DNA of 63,707 nucleotides, counting the filler, from Cercozoa sp. M6MM (lineage: Eukaryota; Protista; Endomyxa: Ascetosporea), in assembly GCA_040357565.1 (NCBI GenBank). It is 6 parts of 6 records of this genome, joined end to end, with 100 filler letters (N's around TTAATTAATTAA, not from the genome) between each part and the next. Parts side by side here need not be neighbours in the genome. Positions count along the whole stretch, not along the records: positions 14,776 to 31,934 come from JBDODJ010000270.1; positions 32,035 to 41,071 come from JBDODJ010000497.1; 4 more parts are not named here. One strand, given 5' to 3'. Positions within the stretch are counted from its first letter, which is position 1. Every line of letters begins with the position of its first letter. Below, piece by piece: positions 26,361 through 38,154 of the stretch. The notes under the pieces are model-generated. The model did no database searches and was not told the DNA's origin. It worked only from the letters and a program-made list of their open reading frames with translations. Both the position numbers and the translations under genes were made by a program.

Positions 26361-27986
26361 ATGGAAACGTTCGGTTTCTGGACTCCGCAGTCACGAAACG
26401 CTGTCCTTGAAAATAACTGACGAAAAGATCGCTTAAGTTTCTGTGAATAGACGTGCCTTAAACCTAACGCTGACAATGTTAGCTCACACATCAACCAGAA
26501 GCGGAGCTCTCAACCTGGTTCGCGAATTTCGAAGAACAAAATCGGGTATTTCTAACAACGAACTGAACTAAACTTATAATTTGTTGTCGGTATCGATAAA
26601 ATTTGATTATCAGGGAACTTTGAACTTGACCGAACCTATCACGGAGAGTGGCTTGATGGCAAGTACCATGGGAGTGGAACACTATACTTAGAAGGTGGCC
26701 GGTACCAAGGCTCATTTGTCGAAGGGAACTTTGAAGGACAGGGCCAACTGTTCTTGCGACGTGGACCTGGACCAGAGCGCCTGTTTTACGATGGCGAATG
26801 GAAAGGTACTGACTTGATGCAGAACCCAGCGAAACCTTTTCTACTATTTCATAGAGGGCCGATTCCACGGTCAAGGCCAGTTGCACTTTGCCAGCGGGTG
26901 TATTCATCAAGGACAGTTCAAGAATGGTCTTGCGCATGGTCAGGTATGAAAGCACTGACAGCCTCAAGTACCAGCGAAAGTACTCCTGCGTCATCGACAG
27001 GGTGTGCGCACTTGGAAGAGTGCCACTTATCGAGGCAATTTTAAGAACAACAGAATGCACGGTCAGGGCGTACTTGTTGAACAAGGTGTTGTCCACACTG
27101 GCTTTTGGATGAACGGATTTAAAAAAGGGACTTCCATGCACGTAGAATTTCTTCTCTTTGGCAGGTGTCGCGAAAGAACTCAAACCTCGCGCTCATTGCA
27201 GAGTTCGTGCGAGGCGTTGCTCGGTGCGGAACCGTGGGTGTCTTGGACCCCAATGCAAAAAACACGAGCTCAATCGAAACCGCTGTGAGCGAAAACAGAC
27301 ACAAGAACATTGAACGCACCTTGAACGCACTGCTGGGCGAGCATAGTGCGGATAACGCCTCTTCGGATACCTTTGAAGTTGCGAAACGAATGCCAGAGTT
27401 GGTTCTCCAGGATCCCGAAAGCGAGGTGATAGAACTTTGCAAAAAATCCATCCTGCACGAACGCGAGTTCCTACGCAAGCTCGTTGACACTCCGATGGCC
27501 GATCTCAAGCTACGTGAGGACACGGTCCTGTTGGTTCAAACACTGTACCAGCAGTACCGACATAAAGGGCGCCGTGGTCGCACTAAAAAACAAATACCCG
27601 CTCGCTACCTACCGGAGCTACTCGTAGCTGTCGATCGGAAGTGTGCGCTCGCTGCTCAGCGACGACGCTTTCTCAGCGAACTTCTCCTTGACTTGGGCAG
27701 TGTTCCGTTGGTATCTTCAACGTTTTCTACCACAGTTGAGTGATGCTGTACACTCGATCGAATGAATCTCTTTTAGTCGGTAATACCCGGTGCAGTTCGA
27801 GACGATGGGCCCCCGCAAGTGCCTCTCGCTTTGAATGAGGAACTGGCTGTCACCGTGCTAGAAGAAGCATCTGTGTCGCTTGAAACGGTGCTACGTACCG
27901 TTGCCTACATAAAACACGAATCTGATGCGTCGGCGTCAGTAGCACTGGCATCCAGTACTCCCGAAAAAGCTGAGGTCATGAACTGA
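26361..27986 (+). CDS. MORN-repeat protein
   Basis: YHGEWLDGKYHGSG, YQGSFVEGNFEGQG, YDGEWKEGRFHGQG, HQGQFKNGLAHGQG, YRGNFKNNRMHGQG. Start approximate. Confidence 0.85.
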
Positions 27987-28228
27987 GTTTCTTGGACTCA
28001 ACTGATGAAACGACCTCTGTCGCTATTCCTGCGCTGTACCACAGGCTTAAGTAAACTATAGCAATTTGTTCTAGTCGGCTGTGCGCCTAATGCCAGTATG
28101 GTAGTACTTAAACGACCGTAAACTCACTGGCGGCAGCATAACACGTAACTCACTGTAACATGACGGTTATCGCGCGGCAAAAACCAACAACGGTGCCGAT
28201 TCTTAGTATGTGAGGTCGGCAGTCGACT

Positions 28229-31200
28229 TCAGTTGGAATCCGGGCCAAGCCGCGGCGTAGGGGTCGCAGAAATCGACTGCCAGCCGCACAGAACATCCCC
28301 CATCTCCTCGTTCATAAGAACTGCAGTTATCAGATACAATAAAAGACTGTCGACAAAGTAGTTATTTTCCAATATTATCACTGTACCATTGGCGCTGTTA
28401 CTGCGACAAAGACACGGGGATTCGACCCGCAAAACTTCAATCGAAGCGCTGCTTGAGGAAGAAACGCTTGAGCCCGACACGATGTACTCCGTCTCATCAA
28501 TGTCGATGTCGTTGCATCTCGCTTCCTCCTCTAAGTCCGACGACGGCAACATCTTTAAACATCAACCGACTATCGACGAAAAGTGCATTTTACCGAGACG
28601 AGAGACACAATCAAGCTTTCGCCGACTGCGCTTCTTTTTGCGGAAACGCCGTTGAATACGACGGTTTCTTTTGCGGCGCCGATGCCGTCGCGCTCCCGTA
28701 GTCACACCAGACCGTGTGCTTTCCTCTTCTACAAGGGCGGGAATTCAATTGCAAGCGATACTTCAAACTGATGACGTCACCACCGAGTTCTGCAGTTTTT
28801 ATGTGATTTGATGTTGTTAGTTTAGTTGTCTTCAAGCTTGCTACGGTAGTGTTTTTTTTTTAGAGTATTGATGAAAAAAATGTGTACCCAGGATAAGAAT
28901 ATTTGTACACCTCGCACAGGTACCTTTCAAAGCGCACGAGTGTCGATGTCTTGGCTTCGCTTTACGTCTCCTTTGACGTCTTCGACGGCGACGCAGTGGC
29001 GTCGAGCTCGGGGTCGAAGTCTTCTTGTTCTTTTTCTTCTTCTCTACAGTATGACTTTCACCGAGGAAAGTAGACTTTTGGTTTTGTGGGTACCGTCAGT
29101 GTCGTTAACGGCTACTTTTCCACGACACTGCGCGCCGACTTTGGGGATTGCGAAATACTTGTTTGTTTAATCATACCCTTTAAGTTTTCGAACAGCCAAA
29201 ACTTGCATGATACCAGTGCTTTGCAAGACCGCTGCAGGTCTTTCAGTGTCGCCACGTACAGAGCAAAGTGGCGATTGCAAATTTTTCGCAAGGTGTGGTT
29301 GACTTTTGCCGATGTTGACCTTTCGTAAAGTTGATAACGCACGTCCCAATCGAGTATCGTCAAGCATTTCTTCGTCTCCTGCGAAGCCTCAGTTCAGTTT
29401 TTTGCGCATCGACGATGTACGATATACCAGGCAACAGATACCCACATGGAAGTCAGTTCCGAATTTGCTTAACGACTTGTGGTTTGACGTCATCCAGCTT
29501 CTATAAGACCGACTTTGCTCTGGAAAAAGTGCCTTGGATGTCCACGCATATATGCACAGGGCACGGGTGAAGAGTACCCTTCATTTTCGTGATATGTTCT
29601 TCAATCTCCACTGCGAGAGACAGAGCGCGACTCAAACGTTCTCTGCGGCGGCGATGCATTGAAGGACCAGCGCACCCTTCAACGACATTTGACAAGACTC
29701 TGGAAGGGTATTCAGTTTCGGCTGACCGCAGGCAAGTTCGGCTGGCTCGCAAAGCCTTCTGCGATAAATCTCTCGGCGTGTCACTTTTCTTCGCTTTTGC
29801 CCCTCGCTCCACAGCCACAACCGGCACTTTGATATCCGAGTCAGAAGAAGGGAGCTGCGAAGCCAAGATTGCACTCAGTGGTCTCGTTTGAAGCTTGTGT
29901 TTCAAGCCCGTCATTTTGCAGTCTAAAGCTTGCTCGCCACGGTGCCTCGAAATGATGTCATCCACCTTGTGCGTGAGCAGCATTTTTTCTGGGGCGGCCG
30001 GAGCGTGCATTTCCTTTGCTTTTTCGAGATGAACGGGTTTTTGTGATAATGTACCTACAAGTATCAGTTCGTGAAAATCCCAAAACAAGCACGATGCCAA
30101 CTTATGTAAAGTGTTTACCATTTTTGATTGAGCGACGGGCGCTCGCCTTGGTCCCTGGCTTCTGTGATATTGTTCTTGGCCTATCAAAATCACAACATTA
30201 AGTTACAACAGCGCAGTAGCGTCTCTCACTCAACACACTTCAATCGCGGCGTCCACGCAGACGGAAGCGAGGGTGAGCGATCCGACTGCTCGCAGAGCGA
30301 CGAGTCCTCGGTTTGTTCAAGGAGTTCAAGGTGCAATCGCGGGATTGTGCGAGTGCTCTTTGGGTTTTCACAAAGCTGCGGGACTGTGTTGACAAACGGA
30401 GCACTCACAAACCCAGCGACACTCACCGAAGATATGGAGCGACGCTCTTTCAGTTTAGTCTGTTTCGGCTCCAATTCACTGCTTTGAACCACATCACTTG
30501 CCGATTTGCCGCTACTTTCGAAGGGCCTTGGTGTCTTCACTTGAATCCGAAACACTGTACTTCGTTTCCGTGAGGCTGCCACGTTTGTTCGCCGGGAGCT
30601 CGATGTACTCGAATGAACAGTCGCACTGTTGCTCTCAAGTTTAAGGGTCTCAGGGCTTGAAGGTGCTCGCTTCGCCGTCGTTTTGCTGGCAGCGCCGATG
30701 CGGTTCACTCTGGATCGTGATGATTTTGACGAAAGGCTACGAGTGTCTCCGGAACCGTCTTTCGTTGCTTCGCGAGTACCCTGCTGTTCGAGCAAAATCT
30801 CACTTCGGGCTTCAATCTGCACATCGTGATTCAAGTGTAATTTTCTATAAAACGGCAACCGTGGCAGGTGTCCAGTAAGTTAGAATGAACCAAAGTGGCT
30901 TTTTCGAGCAACAAGTTGATGGTAGAAGCGAAATCCGCGCCAATTCTTTTAAGGTCGATTCCTGAAATAATAAGGTTGAACGGCTTGAACCGCCAGCCCC
31001 CCCCCCGCCGCGAGGAGGAGCGCACGGGTGTAATGGTCCGACTGAGTTCCTGCAAAACTTGTCTCGAGGGTGTAACTGCAAGTGACCCCGCATTGGCGCC
31101 ACACAACAACTCGTCCGGTAGACTCTTTGGTAAGTGTGATACCAGGGTGGTCTTTGAAACACTTGTAATTTCATGGTCCTTGTACCTTTAGATTTCTCAA

Positions 31201-31734
31201 CTCGCCATGATGATTGATTATAAAAAATAAACTTTGAAAGATCCGCCAACTTTGGAAGAAGCCTAAGAAGCAACAACTTTGAACCGACGAACGAGAAGAG
31301 GCATGTTTAAACTTAGTGTTGATAGCGAGCTCACGAAAATACATGATGTACCTGCTTGCGTATGGTTCTTCCATCAGTGATAACAGAGGCGCCTTTGCTG
31401 TCGATTGACCTTCAAGTGACTGCATTGCTTCGAGCGAGTCACTTGAAGCAAAGAGCGACATATCATGCGCGTGCGGCATGTTTTTTTCTGAGCCTGCTCC
31501 GTCTCTTCCCTCACAAGCGTAGAAGAATGTTTCGTGTCGTCTACTGTGACCGTCTGTCGACAGAGCAAGTTCGCTTAATCACCCCGCAGATCAAAGACCA
31601 ATCAACAACTGAAAGTGTATTTAAATTTACGAAAGTCGCAAAACAACAGCAATTTTCCGGTCGCAGCTACCCGGAAAAGTAGTTGCTTTAAATGGTAAAT
31701 TGTGGGAGAAAGCGTTGGGTCCGGCATTGCCCAT
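28229..31734 (-). CDS. Large S/R/K-rich hypothetical protein, possibly N-myristoylated (MGNAG)
   Basis: Long same-strand ORFs 30226-30858, 29501-30193 and 28229-28552; no domain recognised; may be more than one gene. Confidence 0.35.
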
Positions 31735-31897
31735 ACTCGATTTAAGTCGAGCCCTGCGGGTACAGCAACAAAAGAAATCCAAGTTTAAATGTACAAATTG
31801 TAGCATTTGTGTGCCGAAAAATGTGACCTGCAAGGTTGGCTGACGACAAGGAAAAGAGAAAACCATTGTGTTACGATTGTGTTTTGAGTTCTGTGTA

Positions 31898-31934
<37 letters not shown>

Positions 31935-32034
31935 NNNNNNNNNNNNNNNNNNNNNNNNNNNNNNNNNNNNNNNNNNNNTTAATTAATTAANNNNNNNNNN
32001 NNNNNNNNNNNNNNNNNNNNNNNNNNNNNNNNNN
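31935..32034. other. Artificial contig-join linker
   Basis: N44-TTAATTAATTAA(31979-31990)-N44. Confidence 0.95.
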
Positions 32035-32955
32035 GTATGTATGTATGTATGTATGTATGTATGTATGTATGTATGTATGTGCTATCTTGACATGTGACAG
32101 ACCATTGCCGAGGAGGGCGAGGCACTCGCAGACGTTTCTTCTGTGGTTGCTCGTCAGCTCGAGAAGGCTACGCTTGGCCAGATTTCGCCCGGCCGAGGCA
32201 CGCCGGACCGACTTCTCGTAATCGAACATACAAATCTGTTGCGACACCTCCTCGAGTTGAATCACTTTTGCGTGCTTGAGTAGCGTACGTACCGTGACTA
32301 GACGCCAGGTCGCTGTGGCACAGTCGAGTGACTGCTTTGGAGACTCGAACTCGGCTGAGACCTTCGCGTCGCTCCAGTCGAGTTGCGTTGCGTAGTTAGG
32401 TGCAGCGAAATGTTATCACTCGACATAGTATCCAGCGCAGTAGAAAACTATGTTACGGTATGGAAACCAGTAACTAAGGTATTGAAGACGACTAAATAAA
32501 GGAAGTAACACGTCAGTTAGAATGGCGTCGATGCGGAGGATTACAAGACATACCCTTGTAGAAAAGGTCGTCGAAAGCTCGACGGCTTGTTGATGGCAAT
32601 TAAAAGAAAACAGCCCAAGCCCTGCAGTCAAAGTGCATGAGATGTAGAAAGCTTGACCCAAGCTAGGAAGTCAGGTCTAGCAAAACAAATCCTTCACTAT
32701 AAAACCATACTGGTTCGGATTTGATCGTCCGCGCTGACGAGTAGTCAGATGACAACTCGACTGGTTGAGAAACGCTATGCCGTAACAACTACGCTACTAG
32801 TCGAGTACACGCGACGTGCTTGGACATAACTGGACGTCAGTTGGCTATAGTCACCGTGCCAGCCTTGGGCTGAACTGAGTTTAGTTGCAAGTCGGGTCCG
32901 TCTCGAGTCGATACGAGAGTGCGACTACTGTAAGGTCACAGCGGTACGGTAGGTC

Positions 32956-35900
32956 TCAGGCAGAGCGCTCGGACGCTGAAGAGGCGCTGTCGTCGCGATC
33001 GTCGTCGCTCAAGACGCCGATTTCGATGAGCATTGTGCGCTGCTCGCCTGCAGACAAAGCACAGACAGACTGTACAGACGACTGGCAGAGGACAGGACAT
33101 GTGTGCGCTGGTACCGGTTGCTTGGAGTTCGGTCACAAGGTCCTACAGGATGGGGGGGGGACAAAGTACAGGTAGGACTCAGGTAAGAAAGGTGCGGTGA
33201 TGGTACCTTGTACAGGTTCGAATAGATGAATCGCGGGTACAAATCGCTGGCCATCAGGTCGTTAATTTCCTGTGTGAGTCAGCCAGTACACCCGACACAG
33301 ACAGACAGAAGAAGGAGAGGGTACAATGACAGACTCGGAGTACATGTGCTCGCACAGGGAGAACACTGTGCCGACGTTGCGCTGGTCTCCAACCAGTACT
33401 AGTGTCTGCACACACACACATAGTATATACATACATATATGTGTGTGAATATATTTATTCATTCATATCTCTATTTGTATCTCTATCTTTGTCGATATCT
33501 CTATCTATACCAAAGCATATACTGGACAAATATCGCGGGGTACAGGACTGCGTCCCAGGCGTCCCGGCGCTTGCTGCATCACGGCCGTGGACTGCGCGAC
33601 CTCGGCAGATGAGCACTGCTCGTGCTCGTCGTCCTCGTCCAGTCGCGTGGACAGACGGAGCTTCCGCGTCAGTGTGCGCCACCTGGAATCAAGAATAAAA
33701 CAACGGCAGATATCAGGCAAGAAGGGAACGAAGGAAAGGCAAGGAGGGAAGGAAGGAAGAAAGCAAGGAAGCAAGCAAGGAAAAGGAAGAAAGCAAGGAA
33801 AAGGAAGAAAGCAAGGAAGAAATCAGCAAGAAAGCAAGCAAGGGAGGAAAAAGCGTACCTCCTGTGGTGACCGCCTTCCTGTTTGATAGCCGACTGCGAC
33901 GGAGTGGCCGTCTCCTGTCAGAAACGCACACCAACATTGTTGCAGCTACAAAAAGACCCTCCAACAAAGACGCAGAAACAGCTTACATGTTGTCTGACCA
34001 CTTCGTCCATCACTTCGACCAGTTGAGCTCTTCGTTCCTGCGAGAAAGCAACAGCAGACCCTCCTGATTCACTACTAGGAGCGCGAAAACTCACCTTGCA
34101 TCGCTCGAGATTTCGCGCCTTCAAGTTCACCTGTTTTCGCGACTCCTCGCTCACGTACATGTCAAAAATTCGCAGTGCCTGCTCGCTGCAACCACGCGCT
34201 GCCAGCAGCAGCCGCGTCGACTGCGTCTCCCTGTAGCCAGCGAGCAGAAACTAAGAATACAGAAAAACACACAAAACCACCAGGACAACGCACTAACCGT
34301 AGTGCATCGCGAACGAGATCCCGTAGATCCTGAACCGCTTGCCAGAACAAAATGTTCTCCACTGCACATACGCGTTTCAAGCAACTACCTTGACCACAAA
34401 AACAAAAAACTGGCTACCGGCAAACTGCTCTTGCAAGAACAGGCCAAAAACTGTGCGCGCACGATCGCTTTGCATCATGCTTGAGTAGTCCCTGGGTGCG
34501 CACACATTAAATAAAATCAAAAATCCAAAACCAAAGAGCCCAACAAACGCACTTGATAGCGTCGGGAGTTTCAAGAGTCAGTTCCGGCGGCTTTTGGTAT
34601 CTGTGTCAGAGAAGAATATCAAAAGTCACATCACTTTCAATTTGATTGACGTACGATCGCCACAACGGCAGCGGAACGATAATGAAATACACGGCGAAAA
34701 CGCCCACCAGAAGCACAAACGTGCTGAAGCAATCAAATCAACGACTATATAACATACTGCAAACACAAAAAACGGATACCTCCACGGGAAGGTGTCGACA
34801 TCAACGAGCGAGTCGTTGACGGTTTCGAAATTATTCAGCACATACCACGGCGGCAAGAAGAGCACTCCGACACTGCAACTCAAAATCAAACGAATGAAAA
34901 AAATAAAAAAGCAAAAAGAAAAAAAACTGAAAAAATGATGTACAGGCCACACAGGGCGAGTTCTTGCTTCAGCTTGAAGGCCTCTGAGAAGGAGTTCATT
35001 CGACGCGCCAACACCAGAAAGAAAAGTGCGTAGACCTGTGGACACAACACAGATATAAACACGCATGTGTGATACAGTCAGGAAACACTTGTGCACTGCG
35101 AAAAGTGAAATTACGCCAACAAACAGCGACAGGGCCAGTGCAGATCCTGCACTCATCGCAGACAGAAAGTAAGGTAGTGAAAAAGGAGGGGTGGGGTGAA
35201 AGCAGTACCCTCCCAGTAGAGGAGGCAGCCGTCGCCTTTGAAGGTTCGCAGAGTCTCGCTCGTTGCCGTGACCACCTGATCGATCACACCATCAGTGACC
35301 GATCGTCACACAAGAGAGAAGCCAAAGATACGGTGGCGGGAATCGTCAGCAGAACCGTCATCACAAGGCACACCAGTCCTGTTGTCATCCATCAGTTGCA
35401 TTTTCGTTATTGTTTTGTTGTTGTGGAGAAACTCTGTACCCAGACGACTGCCCCTGAGAAGCTTCGCGTGCAGGCGCCACCCTATTCCAGGGAGACTCAC
35501 ATATCTATCCCCCCTACATGATAGAAAGACAGAGAGAGTGTACAACTCTTGCGCACTTTTATTTTATCCGTCGTGTCCTGGAATCCGCTCTGCACACACA
35601 GCAAAAAACAATCAAAAAACAACAACAGAATACAACAAAGAAACAACACAAACAACAACGACAGAAAGAAAACAACAAAAAGAGAAAGGGGCACCAAGGA
35701 CAGTACGGAAGCTCGTTCGGCGAGTCGTTCGTGGCGATTGCGAGCGCGTGCGCGTTCCTTTCACAAACAACAACAAAAACAATATACACTGTGACACCGA
35801 TGTGTTGTAGGCAGTAGTACCTCGTCCTCTAGCATGCGACGAGTCAGGTTGAAGTTAATGTACAGTGCCGCACCGCGCACCATGAACTGACACGAAACAA

Positions 35901-36421
35901 CAACACTCACCACACACAACAAGAAGGCAAAACGGAAGCAGCTGAAGCAAGAAACAAAAGCTACCAAATTGAGCAGCAGAATCACGCCGAGGTAGCCTCC
36001 CCACAGTGTGAGCCAGCACGGGAACACCTGCACTCAGTTGGTTAGTTAAGCAACAGTTGATGCAAAAGGGCAAAGCACCTCGCTGTAGATGCGTTGTAGT
36101 GACAAGAACAGCGTCCACAGCATCAAAACGAACACGATTATCAAAACCAATTTCGGTTGCCTGGCGCCTGTCAGTGCCAACAGCATTTTTTCAATTCTTT
36201 TTGTTTTTTTGTCAGATAACTTAGTCAGTCGATCACACCAAAGAGAAGAAAAGAATACGTATGAAGGCTGCCCTCCGCCGTGAGTGAAACAGCTTCGCAC
36301 CCAGCAGCATCAATGGTAGCACTATGGCGCTCCAGAATACTCCTGCAGAAAACCTCGTTTACCTGACGACAATAGTGAGGCCAATCGTACCCAAGTATGA
36401 GTTGACATGCCACTCGACCAT
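32956..36421 (-). CDS. Multi-pass (7TM-type) RGS protein
   Basis: MVEWHVNSYLGVFWSAIVLPLMLLGAKLFHSRRRAAFIRARQPKLVLII..., VFPCWLTLW, further hydrophobic spans, then the RGS box FGLFLQEQFAVENILFWQAV, ALRIFDMYVSEESRKQVNL, VFSLCEH-EINDLMASDLYPRFIYSNLYK. Confidence 0.88.
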
Positions 36422-36879
36422 GTGCTTGGGTGAGACGAATCAAGTCGTTACGTATGCCAAACGAATTCACACAGAGCACACACACGCGCACACACAATGA
36501 TGAGTGTGTTGGTGCCCCCAAATGATCGGTAACACGTGAGCTGATCGGCTCGTCTGCTGTCGACCACCTCTTGAGGTTTCTAGACTGTAACAGCTCCCAG
36601 CACGGCTGTCTGTCTTAAGATCTGCCGTTCCTATTAGCCAAGTTCAGGCCCCAGCACAACCCAGCTCGACGGAAATTTCTTTTTGCGGGAAGAAATATTG
36701 TTGGGTGATTGATTGCGCACGCTGTGGTACCTTTTGCATGGCAACACAAAAGGGACATTGTAATTTTACAATGATCAATAGCCGCGCGGCACAGTAGTCG
36801 TATTATCAATATTATGCCCTCCTGGAAATTTCGCTCAGTCCGGCAGTCCTATCAGCTGAAAAAGCTACTGCTTTACTGC

Positions 36880-37638
36880 TTATTCATCGTCTTGGTCTTC
36901 GTCAGACGGCTTCTCGTCGGAGGGCAATTTACCACCAGCGTAGAAGGTACCGGTGTCGGCGTCAAAGTGACCGCTAACAACGGTGCCATCAGCCAGTTTA
37001 AACGCACCGTCGCCTGACGGACGCGAGGCGGCCGAGTACTTCGCCGAAGTCCAGAAGCTGCCGTCACTGAGCACCCATTTGCCTACACGTATTACACTGG
37101 GGTGTATCAACTGATCTTGAAACTTAAGTTTTTAGCACACACCTTTGAGGAAGACACCGCGGTCCCATTCGCCACACAACTGATCGCCGTTCTGCACCAT
37201 CACATAGGTGCCGGCTCCGTGACGCTCGTTTTCAAAGAAGGTGCCTTCGTACACGTCGCCGTTCGCGAACTTGTATACACCTGCAGGAGGACACATACAT
37301 TATCAAAGTCTCACTCTGGCAAAACTGAACAGAGAAAACCGTACGGTACCATTGCCGTGCCTCCAGTTGTCCTTGAAGTCTCCCGTGTAGACACTGCCAT
37401 CAGGATAGAACATCTTGCCTCGACCTGTTCGCACGCCATTGACGTAGGGACCTTCGTATTTCGCGTGCTGCTCTGTCCACTCGTACACGGCTTTCTCGCA
37501 GTGCTTCCGACCATCCACAAGCTCGCCCACGAAGGTGTCGCCATTCGGGTATTTCACGGTGCACGCGCCGTCACGATCGGCGTACTCTTGCGGTTCCTCG
37601 CTCCCTTCGTAGGTGATTTCGTATCCCAACTCTGCCAT
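36880..37638 (-). CDS. MORN-repeat protein, radial spoke head 1 (RSPH1)-like
   Basis: About 200 aa, almost entirely MORN repeats (YPNGDTFVGE, YEGPYVNGVRTGRGKMFYPDGSVYTGDFKDNWRHGNGVYKFANGDVYEG) with an acidic tail; 2 introns. Confidence 0.8.
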
Positions 37639-38154
37639 CAAGTTGAACTTGAACATGCACAAAAAGCGACAGAAGAATGGGCTTAAAGCAAGGTACCTTC
37701 ACTCGCTTCAGACATGGTTCGCGCCCTCAGTTTATTTGTCGCTGGCTAAGCTCCATCTAAGCGCTAATTTCAGCAAAGTGCTACACGTATTTGCGTCGAT
37801 CCGCGCGTAAGAATGAAGTTGTTCTGCAATACAACTTCGATTTATCTGGAGCAGGCGGTTGGGTGCTTTGCCACAACCTTTCTTCCTCCGCACCTTGCTC
37901 TGTTTTTTCTTTTTTGGACAAAGTTACTCGGTTGTTTTGTCATATGGGAATATCAAAATGCGATGACTCATCAAGTACAGTACCGTCCGCAGATCTTTGG
38001 CGCACGCACTATATTGGATTCAAACCTAGTGAGTATTGTGCAGAGGTTCAACGGTTTAGCTTGATTGCAAGTGCAAATTGTGGGGCTGTTGTGTCGCGTT
38101 TTGTGCGTGCTTTGGTGAGTGCATGTGATGTTTTCAAACCCAGAAGAAGAGAGA

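Noticed and set aside
29100-31480. RWP-RK-like or RGS-like motifs in the large minus-strand hypothetical gene
   Set aside because: The resemblances (LRKICNRH; LLSLMEEPY) do not extend to the diagnostic residues once splicing is considered.
19581-36421. G-alpha and 7TM-RGS as a linked signalling cluster
   Set aside because: They are about 12 kb apart with unrelated genes between them and a contig linker at 31935-32034, so linkage is not established.
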